Of a stretch of DNA of 64,000 nt, positions 48,653 to 57,154 are shown in pieces; position 1 is the stretch's first letter; every line of letters begins with the position of its first letter. This stretch comes from an uncultured bacterium. Its GTDB lineage: Bacteria > UBP7 > UBA6624. Location of the stretch: the NCBI GenBank assembly GCA_964012435.1, contig CAXGSM010000001.1, positions 95,414 through 159,413 of the forward strand, read 5' to 3'. The translations under genes and the position numbers were made by a program. The notes beneath the pieces are model-generated. The model was not told where the DNA came from, did no database searches, and was given only the letters and a program-made list of their open reading frames with translations.

Positions 48653-49205
48653 TATAAAAAGAAAATCAACATCAGATCTCATAATATCAAGACCAACAGA
48701 AAAAGAAAGAAATAAAAACAAAATCTCAGTAACAATTCTTTTAGACAATGTTAGAAGTGCAAGGAACGTTGGTTTGATCTTTCGTTTAGCTGATTGTGTT
48801 AATGTTAAAGAAATATGGATGTGCGGGATAACACCTTATCCTGGGTTTACGGAACATGCTACGAATCAAATTAACAAAACAGGTGTAGGAGGAAGTGTAG
48901 AAACAGTTCCTTGGAGATATTTTGATAATGATTTAGATGCCTTAAGTGAGGCTAGAAGAAAAGGTTTACATATTGTTTGCTATGAACAGGCTAAAGGTTC
49001 AAAGAGATGGCCTGTTAAGTTTAAAAGATGTGATTTGTTGCTTGTTTTTGGACATGAGATAAAGGGCGTAAGCGATTGCTTTATCGAGAAAAGCGATGAG
49101 GTTGTTGAACTGCCAGTAAGAGGCATAACAAATAGCTTGAATATTGCTTTATGTGCAAGTGCCGTCCTGTATGAAGTGCTGAATCAATTTGATGATGCTT
49201 CTTAA
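48642..49205 (+). CDS. TrmH/SpoU family RNA 2'-O-methyltransferase
   Basis: 187 aa. SpoU motifs NVGLIFRLAD, LLVFGHEIKGVS and LPVRGITNSLNIALCASAVLYE. Confidence 0.75.
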   Translation: MMANIKRKSTSDLIISRPTEKERNKNKISVTILLDNVRSARNVGLIFRLADCVNVKEIWMCGITPYPGFTEHATNQINKTGVGGSVETVPWRYFDNDLDALSEARRKGLHIVCYEQAKGSKRWPVKFKRCDLLLVFGHEIKGVSDCFIEKSDEVVELPVRGITNSLNIALCASAVLYEVLNQFDDAS

Positions 49206-49217
49206 GTTTGCAATTTT

Positions 49218-49784
49218 TTAATTCTTTACAGGAACGTTAATCATTGTCCCAATTTTTAATTTTGCAGGATCTATACCCGGGTTTAATTCTTGCAGAACGT
49301 CAAGTGTTGTGTTAAGAGCTTTTGCTATACCTTCTAATGTGTCGCCTTTTTTTATCCTATACAGCCCATCGTCCTCTGGATAATCGGAATTCCATTGATT
49401 CCTAAGAGGTATTTTTAACTCCTGCCCAAGTTTCAGCTTGTCTGGATCTTTTATTTTGTTTAATTCGATTATTGATTGAATTGTGACACCCCAATCTCTT
49501 GCTATAGATGTTAAGCTTTCTCCAGATTCAACAATGTGAATATCAAAGTTTTCACTTTTTTCTTCGTCAGATTCATCATTGAAAATTGTATCTTCTGAAC
49601 TTGTTTCTTCTTCTTGCAAGTCAAGATCTCCAAGCTCTAGGTAAACGGGTTTTTCATTTGTTTTTGGAGTAATGTTTGCTTGCTCAGGCTTTTCTGTATT
49701 TGTTGTTTTTAGTATAGTTAAAGTAGCAATAATGATCAACAATAAAGGGAAAAAGTTTATTTTGTTTTTTTTAATGTATTTCAT
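49218..49784 (-). CDS. secreted protein with two LysM peptidoglycan-binding domains
   Basis: 188 aa. Signal/anchor helix, acidic linker, then two LysM repeats (HIVESGESLTSIARDWGV...LKIP and YRIKKGDTLEGIAKALNT...INVP). Confidence 0.8.
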   Translation of the reverse strand: MKYIKKNKINFFPLLLIIIATLTILKTTNTEKPEQANITPKTNEKPVYLELGDLDLQEEETSSEDTIFNDESDEEKSENFDIHIVESGESLTSIARDWGVTIQSIIELNKIKDPDKLKLGQELKIPLRNQWNSDYPEDDGLYRIKKGDTLEGIAKALNTTLDVLQELNPGIDPAKLKIGTMINVPVKN

Positions 49785-49792
49785 TGACGAGG

Positions 49793-49839
49793 TTGAGGGA
49801 GGATCAATGCCTGGGTGGGTTCATTGAAAACTCCCTCAA
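49793..49839 (-). promoter_or_regulatory. two-tier hairpin in the LysM gene leader
   Basis: TTGAGGGAG (49793-49801) pairs with CTCCCTCAA (49831-49839). An inner stem pairs TCAATG with CATTGA. The structure ends 8 nt upstream of the LysM ATG on the minus strand. Confidence 0.35.
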
Positions 49840-49905
49840 TTTTAGTTTAGGCACTTTTGAGCTAAGTATACGGTTTTTGTAATAAGCTTTGGTTAACTTT
49901 TTTTA

Positions 49906-51039
49906 TTATTTGTTAAATATTTTTTCAAAATTAAGATTCGGGTCAGTGAACTTTCCTTTTTCCTGTATCACTTGATCATCAAGAAGTATTTTTCCTTCTT
50001 CCCTAAGGTCAAGGATCATATCCCAGTGAAGTGCACTGTTATTTTTTGAACCGCTTTCAGGGTAACCTTTGCCTAAAGCCATATGGAAAGTACCACCAAT
50101 TTTTTCATCAAAAAGTATATTTTTTATATGTCTATCAATAGAGTAGTTCGTTCCAATTGCAACTTCTCCCGGAATCTTTGCCCCTTTATCTAAATCTATC
50201 AATGACAGAAGATGCTCTTCTCCAATCTTGGCTGAAGCATCAGCCACTTCTCCATTTTTGAATATTAGACTAATATCCTGGACTAAAACACCTTGATAAA
50301 CAGTTGGCCATTTGTATCTCACCCTTCCCTCTACAGAGCCCTCTACAGGAGCTGTAAAAACTTCTCCATCAGGGAAGTTTAGTTTTCCAGAACAAGGAAT
50401 CCATGTCCTGCCCTCTATTTCCATTTTCAAATCAGTGTCTTTCGAAACAACTCTTAATCTTTTACCTTTATTTAGTATTGATGCGAGTTTGTCTTGCTCT
50501 AATTCAAATTCTTTCCAAAAAACAGATGGATCGTCAAGGTGGAGATTTCCTGCCTTGTAAACAAAGCTGCAAAAATCTTCATAACTCATTCCAGCTTCTT
50601 TAGCAAATGCTTCAGTTGGCCATAATGTTCCAACCCAATGGAAATCACCATCAGCAGATCTTTTTAACGTGATGTCTCTTACTTCTTCGCTTGATTTATA
50701 AAACATTGATATTTTTTTTGTATCAACTTTCGACAAAAGCCTAGTGTCGCTAGTTGCGTTTATTCCCACCCTTGCGTCAAGTGTTTTTGCTTCCAGGATT
50801 GAGGTCTCATGAACATAGCTTAATTGATTGTCGTTTGCGTTTTCAATAAAAATGGGAGTGCATGAATCTAAATGTATATTTGTTTTAGGGTGAGCTTTAG
50901 CTTTTAAAATTTCTTTTAATATCTCTTTTATTAATGGTTCTGCTAAAGGGGTTGTATTTATAGCTACTCTCCAGTTTTCCTGAACATCTAAGGAATAATT
51001 TACAAGAACTTTTGCTAGTTTTTTGGCCATATCTTTCAT
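49906..51039 (-). CDS. aminopeptidase, M29 (AmpS/PepS) family
   Basis: 377 aa. FPDGEVFTAPVEGSVEG and HMALGKGYPESGSKNNSALHWDMI blocks typical of M29. Confidence 0.8.
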   Translation of the reverse strand: MKDMAKKLAKVLVNYSLDVQENWRVAINTTPLAEPLIKEILKEILKAKAHPKTNIHLDSCTPIFIENANDNQLSYVHETSILEAKTLDARVGINATSDTRLLSKVDTKKISMFYKSSEEVRDITLKRSADGDFHWVGTLWPTEAFAKEAGMSYEDFCSFVYKAGNLHLDDPSVFWKEFELEQDKLASILNKGKRLRVVSKDTDLKMEIEGRTWIPCSGKLNFPDGEVFTAPVEGSVEGRVRYKWPTVYQGVLVQDISLIFKNGEVADASAKIGEEHLLSLIDLDKGAKIPGEVAIGTNYSIDRHIKNILFDEKIGGTFHMALGKGYPESGSKNNSALHWDMILDLREEGKILLDDQVIQEKGKFTDPNLNFEKIFNK

Positions 51040-51075
51040 AATGGTTTGATTTTATGATAATAAAATAACTTTGTT

Positions 51076-51534
51076 TTGGAAAAAAAAGCTAAAAAGCTCT
51101 CTTTTGCTGGTTTGAAAGTAACCAAAAGCAATGGGATTTTAAAATTTTATCAGCCTGATGAAAATTATTTTCTTTTTGATTTAAAAAATGTAGATATTGA
51201 AACATGGGAGAAAAGAGGCAAAAGAGGCGCAAAGCTTTCGAATGGCTATCAGGTTTTAGAAGGATGGATTCTTTTTCCTCCAGGTGGTGTAAATTCAAGT
51301 AATGATATACCTGAAGGGATGCCAAAGCTTGTATCATTACGAGACTTGAGCTTAATGAGCAAGAACTTTGAAAAAGAACTTTTAACAGAACCAAAAAATC
51401 AGAGTTTAATAAATGCAATTTACCTTACTTCCAAATCAATTGTTGAAGGAGCCAAGCAAGCAGGGTTGAACATGAACCCAAAAATAGAGTCGATTTTGAA
51501 ATTCATGAAAATTTATGTGGTTGATTTGATTTGA
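51076..51534 (+). CDS. hypothetical protein
   Basis: 152 aa with a TTG start. No motif recognised. Confidence 0.4.
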   Translation: MEKKAKKLSFAGLKVTKSNGILKFYQPDENYFLFDLKNVDIETWEKRGKRGAKLSNGYQVLEGWILFPPGGVNSSNDIPEGMPKLVSLRDLSLMSKNFEKELLTEPKNQSLINAIYLTSKSIVEGAKQAGLNMNPKIESILKFMKIYVVDLI

Positions 51535-51589
51535 TTAATCTTCAGTGCAAGTTTTATTTTTAACTATTATTCAGAATAAAATGGACTAG

Positions 51590-52276
51590 ATGAAGCGTGT
51601 GAAGTGTTTAATTATTGATCTTGATGACACCCTTTGCAATACTTTTTCAGATTTAGTGTTTCTTGCCCATCGTGATGCCTCTAAGGCAATGGTTGAAGCA
51701 GGTATCGGGATGTCTGTTGATGAGGTTTTTGAAAAAAGAATAAAAATATTAGAAAAAACGATATCCAAGAATTTTTCAAAAACATTTGAAGAAATGCTTA
51801 TTGAAGGCTTTTCGTGTTCTCAAAAAATCATCAATGCTGGTTTCGATGCATACTATAGTCGTGACATAGGCAAGCTAACTCTTTTCCCCCTTGCTCAAGA
51901 TTTTTTAAACTTATGTTCTTTTTTAAAAATAGCTCTTGTTACAAAAGGAAACAAATCAACACAGCTTCAAAAAATAAATAAATTAAATATTAAGAGTTAT
52001 TTTGATCATGTTGCAATTGTTGAAATATCAAACTCAAAAGAGAATGAATTTAGAAACATTATGAAAAAATGGGACCTTCAGCCGAGTGAGGTATTTGTAA
52101 TTGGCGACAGGCCTGATGCAGATATCTGCATTGGAAACAAATTAAACATGAATACCGTTAGGTTTAAGTCTGAACATTATGCCAATATGAAACCAAGAAA
52201 CAAGCTTGAAATCAGTGATTATGAAGTGAAAAATTACAAAGAGCTTATTGATTTATTTAACAAAAACTTCATTTGA
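51590..52276 (+). CDS. HAD-superfamily hydrolase
   Basis: 228 aa. Motif I LIIDLDDTL, motif II-like VTKG, motif IV-like GDRPDAD. Confidence 0.75.
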   Translation: MKRVKCLIIDLDDTLCNTFSDLVFLAHRDASKAMVEAGIGMSVDEVFEKRIKILEKTISKNFSKTFEEMLIEGFSCSQKIINAGFDAYYSRDIGKLTLFPLAQDFLNLCSFLKIALVTKGNKSTQLQKINKLNIKSYFDHVAIVEISNSKENEFRNIMKKWDLQPSEVFVIGDRPDADICIGNKLNMNTVRFKSEHYANMKPRNKLEISDYEVKNYKELIDLFNKNFI

Positions 52277-53344
52277 CCAAGTTGACGGTTGTGTCCAGCT
52301 AGATATTATTGACCTGTACTCTTCGTAAGATATGTAATACGTAACTTTAGGCCTGTCGAAAGCATCCAGGAGGATGGCCTGAACTTTTCCGCCTTTCCTT
52401 AAGTCCAAGTCATCCTCGTAAGGAAAATCAAATTTGTATGTCCTTAAAACTTTTCTGTATTTGTCCATAACCTTAAATGTGTGAACATCTCCTTCACAGC
52501 TTAAAATTGGACACATACCTTCTGGGGCTCCATAATTTAACATAGCTACAGCAATGTCTCCATTTTCAATACTCAAGATATCAACCTTTGCAAGTATTGG
52601 AACAAATTCGCCATCACCAAGCGGTTTCCAGCCATATTGAAAAACCATTTCAATATCACCATCAATATGTCCCCAATTGTTATTATCAACTTGGCTCAGG
52701 GTATTGTTTGTTTTTATTTTTTCAATACCATTTAGCCCGCATTCAATAGATTTTTCTATTTCTTCTTGATTCTCGTCTGTAGCAGAAAATATTACTTTAT
52801 CTCCATATCGCGTCATGCTTCCAGATGTATTTTCAATTTCAAAAGTACCAGAATTGCCATCTGTCTCAGGGAAGCTTATTGTTCCAACTGGAGAATAACC
52901 ATCATTACGCATAATTTCTACAAAATTGCTATTTTCATTTTTTGATCTAAATAATTGAATAAGCGGATTGCTTAGCAATTCATCTTTTGAATCTTTTGAA
53001 ACTTCAAAAGACAATTTACCAGAACAAGGTTCCCAGTGTAGAAAATATCTATTGTCATCTTTTTCCTGAGTAGCAGAAAGTAGATCCTCATCCGAACCCT
53101 CATTGCTTAAAAGGTCGGTTTCTATTTTCTCTGGAGCTTCTGAACCAATTGCAGATAAATCTTCAGCTTTATCATCTGCTGTACTTTCTTCCAGCTCTTC
53201 AGCAGGGTCTTCTGTAAGGGTTGTTGTCTCAATGGTTTCTTTATTGCTTGATTCCACGGAATCAATAGACTCTTTTGATTCGGATGTCTCACAACCAAAA
53301 ATAGTTAAGAAAAGGATGGCTAGTAACGGTAATTTATTATTCAT
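52253..53344 (-). CDS. hypothetical lipoprotein with acidic linker
   Basis: 363 aa. Signal plus lipobox LTIFGC, an Asp/Glu/Ser/Thr-rich region of about 90 aa, and a globular C-terminal domain with no recognised family. Confidence 0.55.
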   Translation of the reverse strand: MNNKLPLLAILFLTIFGCETSESKESIDSVESSNKETIETTTLTEDPAEELEESTADDKAEDLSAIGSEAPEKIETDLLSNEGSDEDLLSATQEKDDNRYFLHWEPCSGKLSFEVSKDSKDELLSNPLIQLFRSKNENSNFVEIMRNDGYSPVGTISFPETDGNSGTFEIENTSGSMTRYGDKVIFSATDENQEEIEKSIECGLNGIEKIKTNNTLSQVDNNNWGHIDGDIEMVFQYGWKPLGDGEFVPILAKVDILSIENGDIAVAMLNYGAPEGMCPILSCEGDVHTFKVMDKYRKVLRTYKFDFPYEDDLDLRKGGKVQAILLDAFDRPKVTYYISYEEYRSIISSWTQPSTWSNEVFVK

Positions 53345-53400
53345 GATTTAGATTGTAATCTTATTTAGAATGTCAATGTTCAAAAAAACATTTTAATATT

Positions 53401-54177
53401 ATGAAGCTTTTTCAAATTGCTACACATCTTGATAATCTTTTAGCAAAAGATAAATTTAATGATGGATGCCTGAATGGCATTCAGGTATTTGGAAAACCAG
53501 ATGTAAAAAAGATTTTAACGGGGGTTTCAATATCTAAAGAGTTGATAGAGAAAGCTATTGAAAAAAAGTGTGACTCCATTATTGTCCACCATGGGATGTT
53601 TTGGGGAGAAAGAAGCTATCCTTTAAATCTTATAAACAGGGAAAGACTCAAGCTTCTTGCCGATAAAAATATTTCCTTAATTGCATACCACCTTCCGCTT
53701 GATGCACATAGGGATATTGGAAATAATCATCCTGTTTGCAGGGATTACTGCTGTCATGAATCTGGATTTGATGGAAAGAATATTAAAGACTTTGGATCAA
53801 TGGGTGATTTTTCAATTGGTGCAAGTTTTGAATTGAACAATAGCTTAGATGTTAAATTCTTGAAAAAACAAACAGAACTTTATTACGAACATGACGTTAT
53901 TCATTTGAAGTGCCAAAAAAAGAAGATAAAAAAAATAGCGATTGTCTCTGGGGCAGGTGCTAATTTCCTTAAGGAAGCTGCAGCAGAAAATATTGACCTT
54001 TTGATAACTGGAGAGGCTGAAGAGTGGTCAATGCATGAAGCAATCGAATTCAATGTGAATGTTTTTGCTTGTGGGCATTATGCAACTGAAAGAGTCGGAA
54101 TACAAATGTTAACCAAATATTTAAATGAAAAGTTGAACATTAAATCTATTTTTTTTGATATACCTAACCCTGTATGA
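53401..54177 (+). CDS. Nif3-like dinuclear metal centre protein (YbgI family)
   Basis: 258 aa. IVHHGMFW, AYHLPLDAH and the C-terminal CGHYATE blocks. Confidence 0.85.
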   Translation: MKLFQIATHLDNLLAKDKFNDGCLNGIQVFGKPDVKKILTGVSISKELIEKAIEKKCDSIIVHHGMFWGERSYPLNLINRERLKLLADKNISLIAYHLPLDAHRDIGNNHPVCRDYCCHESGFDGKNIKDFGSMGDFSIGASFELNNSLDVKFLKKQTELYYEHDVIHLKCQKKKIKKIAIVSGAGANFLKEAAAENIDLLITGEAEEWSMHEAIEFNVNVFACGHYATERVGIQMLTKYLNEKLNIKSIFFDIPNPV

Positions 54178-54184
54178 TTAAAAG

Positions 54185-54577
54185 ATGAGTGATTTTCAAG
54201 AAAAAAAATATAGCATAAAGGAAGCTGAAAAGTTGATTCCGGTTTTGAAAAAGGATTTTAAGAAAATCGTTGAGCTTAAAAAAAAGTTAGATGATATTGG
54301 GTTTGACATTGTTTATGGAACTTTTCGAGAAGGCTGTTCCCCTAATGGGACAGGCTCATTACCTCAGGATTTTTTAGACTTCTGCGCTATTATCGAGAAT
54401 AATTTCCATAAAGTTGGGATACTCTTAAGATCTCTTGATGAAGGGATTGTTGACTTTCCTGCTAAAAGAGGAAAAGAAGATGTTTTTATAACTTGGATCT
54501 ATCCTGATGCAAAGATTAATTATTGGTACTTCCCTGAAGAAGGATACCAAGAAAAGAAATCAATAGTTGATTTTTGA
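54185..54577 (+). CDS. hypothetical protein, possibly DUF2203
   Basis: 130 aa. The N-terminal YSIKEAEKLIPVLKKDFKKIVELKKK resembles the DUF2203 start. Weak call. Confidence 0.4.
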   Translation: MSDFQEKKYSIKEAEKLIPVLKKDFKKIVELKKKLDDIGFDIVYGTFREGCSPNGTGSLPQDFLDFCAIIENNFHKVGILLRSLDEGIVDFPAKRGKEDVFITWIYPDAKINYWYFPEEGYQEKKSIVDF

Positions 54578-54599
54578 TTCCTTCAATTACAATTACATC

Positions 54600-54658
54600 G
54601 TGCGGACAAGGCGCGACCGGCAAGGCCCTCGGCCAGCCGGTTTTGTCCGCACTTTTTT
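54600..54658 (+). terminator. long GC-rich imperfect hairpin followed by a T6 run (intrinsic terminator-like)
   Basis: GTGCGGACAA (54600-54609) pairs with TTGTCCGCAC (54643-54652). Inner pairs are ACCGGC/GCCGGT and GGCC/GGCC. TTTTTT follows at 54653-58. It is the only strongly GC-rich non-tRNA segment I noticed in the window. Confidence 0.6.
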
Positions 54659-54661
54659 ATT

Positions 54662-55489
54662 ATGACAGGATATCCTCTAAGCTCTTACAAAGGTGAAAAA
54701 ATTAATGTTTCGGTAGGAAACGTATCTTTTTTGCAGGATTCTTTTACTGTTATTGCGGGTCCTTGTTCTGTTGAAAGCGAAGAACAAATACTAAAGACAG
54801 CAGAAACCGTCTCAATGCTTGGGGCTTCAATTTTAAGAGGTGGTACCTATAAGTATAGAAAAAGTCCTTATACTTTTTCTGGCTTAGAGGAAAGGGGTGT
54901 TGAGTATTTAAAAAAAGCTTCAATGAAAGCTTCTTTACCGAGTGTTACTGAAGTCATGTCGATTGATAAAGTTTCTTATTTGTCTAAAAATATAGATATG
55001 TTACAGATCGGTAGCAGAAACATGCATAACACACCGCTTTTAAAAGAGATTGGAAGAACGAAAGTGCCTGTGATCTTGAAGCGTGGGTATATGGCAACCA
55101 TAGAAGAAACCCTTCTTGCAGCGGAGCATATCGCAAAAGAAGGCAATCAGAATATAGTTCTGTGTGAAAGAGGGATAAGGTGTTTCGATGATTCTTTGAG
55201 GTTTACTTTAGATTTAGCGGGAGCTATCCTGCTTAAGGAAAATTCAAAATTTCCTGTGATAATAGATCCATCTCATGCTACAGGTAAAACAAACCTTGTA
55301 AAACCATTATGCCTAGCAGCATCTGCAGCTGGACTTAATGGCGTGATGGTTGAAGTTCACCCTGAGCCAAGAAAAGCTTTGTCTGACTCTGATCAAAGTT
55401 TAACATTTGATGAGTTTGCTGATTTGATGGATTCTTTATCCATTTTTACAAAAAATAAAAATAAAATAACTAAAAGTGTCGGGGACTAG
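54662..55489 (+). CDS. aroF: 3-deoxy-7-phosphoheptulonate (DAHP) synthase, type I-beta
   Basis: 275 aa. VIAGPCSVES, YKYRKSPYTFSGL and IIDPSHATGK blocks (KDO8PS-like subfamily). Confidence 0.85.
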   Translation: MTGYPLSSYKGEKINVSVGNVSFLQDSFTVIAGPCSVESEEQILKTAETVSMLGASILRGGTYKYRKSPYTFSGLEERGVEYLKKASMKASLPSVTEVMSIDKVSYLSKNIDMLQIGSRNMHNTPLLKEIGRTKVPVILKRGYMATIEETLLAAEHIAKEGNQNIVLCERGIRCFDDSLRFTLDLAGAILLKENSKFPVIIDPSHATGKTNLVKPLCLAASAAGLNGVMVEVHPEPRKALSDSDQSLTFDEFADLMDSLSIFTKNKNKITKSVGD

Positions 55490-55556
55490 CGCAGCCTGGT
55501 AGCGCGACTGTTTTGGGAACAGTAGGTCGTGGGTTCGAATCCCGCGTCCCCGACCA
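55480..55556 (+). tRNA. tRNA-Pro (anticodon UGG), CCA encoded
   Basis: Manual cloverleaf. Acceptor CGGGGAC/GTCCCCG, D-stem GCGC/GCGC, anticodon stem ACTGT/ACAGT with loop TTTGGGA, T-arm GTGGG-TTCGAAT-CCCGC, then A-CCA. Confidence 0.9.
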
Positions 55557-55564
55557 CCCTATTT

Positions 55565-56047
55565 TTATTGTTTTTCAGAATAGTTGATTTTTTGAATTTG
55601 TTCTTTTGTGAGCATCCCATGTAGCCATGTTTCAAAATCTGCTTTATGTTTTTTGTAAAAATTTATCGCAGGCTCATTCCAGTCTAAAACCTGCCAAGTC
55701 ATCGCATTTAAGTTTAATTTTTTGCATATAGCAATTGTTTCTTTGAAAAGTAAGCTCCCTACTCCCTTATTTCTGTAATTCTCAGTTACGACAAAATCTT
55801 CTAAGTGCAAAACTTTTCCTTTCCATGTTGAATAGCGTATGAAGTAAAAAGATAACCCGATAATCACTCCTTCATGTTGAGCAACTAAAAATTTGTAGTA
55901 TGGATGATTGCCAAAGCCATCATTTTCCAAATCTTGCAATGTGATAGTTACTTCTTCAAGTGATTTTTCATAATCTGCTAATTCTTTTATTAATTTCAAA
56001 ACAGATGGTAGATCTTTTTTTACGCCTTGCCTGATTGTTATTTTCAT
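55565..56047 (-). CDS. GNAT family N-acetyltransferase, diamine/spermidine acetyltransferase (SSAT)-like
   Basis: 160 aa. LIKELADYEKS, YSTWKGKVLHLEDFVV, YRNKGVGSLL and VLDWNEPAINFYKK blocks as in SSAT-type GNATs. Confidence 0.75.
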   Translation of the reverse strand: MKITIRQGVKKDLPSVLKLIKELADYEKSLEEVTITLQDLENDGFGNHPYYKFLVAQHEGVIIGLSFYFIRYSTWKGKVLHLEDFVVTENYRNKGVGSLLFKETIAICKKLNLNAMTWQVLDWNEPAINFYKKHKADFETWLHGMLTKEQIQKINYSEKQ

Positions 56048-56058
56048 ATTGGTATTTA

Positions 56059-56135
56059 TGGTGGGCCATCGTGGACTTGAACCACGGACCTCGCCCTTAT
56101 CAGGGGCGCGCTCTAGCCAGCTGAGCTAATGGCCC
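56059..56135 (-). tRNA. tRNA-Ile (anticodon GAU), CCA encoded
   Basis: The reverse complement folds as GGGCCAT-TA-GCTC-AGCTGGCTA-GAGC-G-CGCCC-CTGATAA-GGGCG-AGGTC-CGTGG-TTCAAGT-CCACG-ATGGCCC-A-CCA. Confidence 0.9.
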
Positions 56136-56152
56136 AATATCAGCTTATTTTA

Positions 56153-57154
56153 TTATTTAAAACAATAAAACGGAGTTTGTTCAGCTGCTATTTCAAATTT
56201 TTGATGCTTTCCATCTTCAACAAGTGCATTTCCATTCACACAGCCATCAATAAATTTTCCATGCATCTTTTGACCTTTTGAATTTATCCAAAATATTTTT
56301 CTTCCTTTATCAATCAGCAAATTATTCCAAGACTGAAAAACATTATTGGAATTGTTTATGGCTTCAATTTTTTGTTCTAATGATTTAAGCCATTTTTTTA
56401 AAATGAATGCTCTTGGGTTTTTCCAGCTTGAATCCAACAACCCCTCTCTCTCCATGGTTGTAGCATCTTTTATGCTTGCTGGAATTGTTTCTTGGTTTCC
56501 AAAAACATTTAAACCAAGACTTAATATTGCATATTTTTCTTCACCTTTAATATTTAAGCTCAACAAGGTCCCGCCTATTTTTTTATCATTGTAAACAATG
56601 TCATTTGGCCAAGATATTTTTGAGTTACTGATCTCTGCTGCAGATAAAGATGTTGCTATAGGCAACATATTTAAATTTGAATTTTTTATATTGCTGACAT
56701 TTAAAATTACGCTTGCAAGTATGCCTTTTCCCAATTTGGAAAACCACTTTCTACCAGTTCTTCCTCTGCCTGAAGATTGATATTCAGCTAAAACTAAAGC
56801 TTTTTCAATAGTTTTTGTTTTAATTAATCTGCTTGCATAATCATGTGTTGAGTTAACGGTTGTGAAATAATGATAATTTTTCACAAAATCCTTTGGACAA
56901 AGATCAAAAAAATCCATAGGAGTTAATCTTGATTTTGATTTGAATGTCTGAATATATTTGGCTTGTTTTATCGTTGATTTAAATCCTAATTTTTCAAAAT
57001 ATTCAAGACTTTTGTAAAAATTTGATTTTGAAATTCCTCGCTTGTTTAGGACCTCATCAAGCTCCAAAAAGCCATCTTCTGACCCGAAAACTTGCTGAAA
57101 AAGAAGTTTATCCTCTTCGGTAACTTCATAATCGCGTACTTGATCAAAAATCAC
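56153..57154 (-). CDS. birA: biotin--[acetyl-CoA-carboxylase] ligase with N-terminal HTH-like region
   Basis: 333 aa. Biotin-binding loop GRGRTGRKW. The N-terminal approximately 100 aa contain a wHTH-like segment (ISKSNFYKSLEYFEKLGF). Confidence 0.8.
   Translation of the reverse strand: MIFDQVRDYEVTEEDKLLFQQVFGSEDGFLELDEVLNKRGISKSNFYKSLEYFEKLGFKSTIKQAKYIQTFKSKSRLTPMDFFDLCPKDFVKNYHYFTTVNSTHDYASRLIKTKTIEKALVLAEYQSSGRGRTGRKWFSKLGKGILASVILNVSNIKNSNLNMLPIATSLSAAEISNSKISWPNDIVYNDKKIGGTLLSLNIKGEEKYAILSLGLNVFGNQETIPASIKDATTMEREGLLDSSWKNPRAFILKKWLKSLEQKIEAINNSNNVFQSWNNLLIDKGRKIFWINSKGQKMHGKFIDGCVNGNALVEDGKHQKFEIAAEQTPFYCFK

Noticed and set aside
54600-54652. The GC-rich hairpin considered as a small SRP (4.5S) RNA or another known ncRNA.
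   Set aside because: It lacks the GNRA tetraloop and the conserved AGG/AGCA symmetric-loop motifs of SRP domain IV, and at about 53 nt it is too short. I kept it as a terminator-like element of unknown extra function.
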